Below, one piece after another: positions 63,271 to 64,000 of a stretch of DNA of 64,000 bases. Made by a program: the position numbers and the translations under genes. The stretch comes from Octopus vulgaris (Eukaryota): the NCBI GenBank assembly GCA_951406725.2, contig OX597816.1, forward strand, positions 69,254,001 through 69,318,000. Direction: 5' to 3'. Below the pieces are notes generated by a model. That model was given only the letters and a program-made list of their open reading frames with translations, was not told the DNA's origin and made no database searches. Every line of letters begins with the position of its first letter. Position 1 is the stretch's first letter.

Positions 63271-64000
63271 CTCATTTACACATTTGCTTACTTCAGTCAT
63301 TTGACTGCGGCTTAGTACTTATTCTATCGGTCTCTTTTGGCGAATCGCTGGTCTATGTGGGCCTAAACAAACCAGCATCAATTATCAAGCGAATGTGGGA
63401 GGACAGGCAGAGACACACAAATACACAGCAACGCACACATACACACACACACACATATATATATACGATGTGCTTCTTTCAGTTTCTACTAAATCTATTC
63501 ATAAGGCTTTGGTCAGCCCGAGGCTATAGTAAAAGACACTTGCCCAAGATACCACACAGTGGAACTGAACCCGGAACCATGAGGAAGTAAACTTCTTACC
63601 GGAGTAAGCACATAAATGTGAAACAAGATGGGAAAACAGAATACTTAAATACCAGAAGTAGAGTAATATGCTTTAGTTAAAAGCAGCAGAAATATAACAA
63701 AAGCTGTTACTCAGAGTTTCACTACTGAGTAATAAAGATAAAAGTAAGATCCAAGGATCAAGGTGCAGGAAGTTACTAATCTTCAGTAGTAAGTAGAAGG
63801 TATAAAAAAAACTTCCAGGAACAACATTGGTTTTTTGAGCTAAAATATTGTAAAAGTTTCCCATATCGAAATTCGATAAGCAGACAGAAGTTATCTTAGC
63901 CTTCACAATTAACAACTGGGGTTATGGTGCATGCTAATAAAAATTCCAATTTAGCGAATGAAGTAGGTAAAACCAAGGCTACATATGTTCCCTGGTTAGC

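Overview
This window is AT-rich, microsatellite-saturated animal DNA. The SINE families and repeat style point to an octopus (coleoid cephalopod) genome, which is an inference. There is no intact host gene. Manual translation of the non-repeat DNA, across stops and frameshifts, shows leucine-rich repeats, LRRCT-like motifs, TM segments and TIR-like motifs in collinear order. These define about 12 heavily decayed Toll-like receptor pseudogenes, packed almost without spacers and in mixed orientation. Inserted into them are: (i) many Penelope-like fold-back elements at (TA)n tracts carrying minimal type-I hammerhead ribozyme motifs, including cores with C3-G8, U3-A8 and G3-C8 covariation, plus a GIY-YIG remnant; (ii) a near-intact 5'-truncated CR1/L2-group LINE, and other LINE fragments (RTE, R4/Dong, ORF1-like); (iii) an internally deleted mariner and a MITE; (iv) many tRNA-derived SINEs, some with a fixed partial-tandem junction and a 3' tail shared with the LINE. 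All calls come from reading the sequence by eye. Pseudogene boundaries are approximate and no database search was run.
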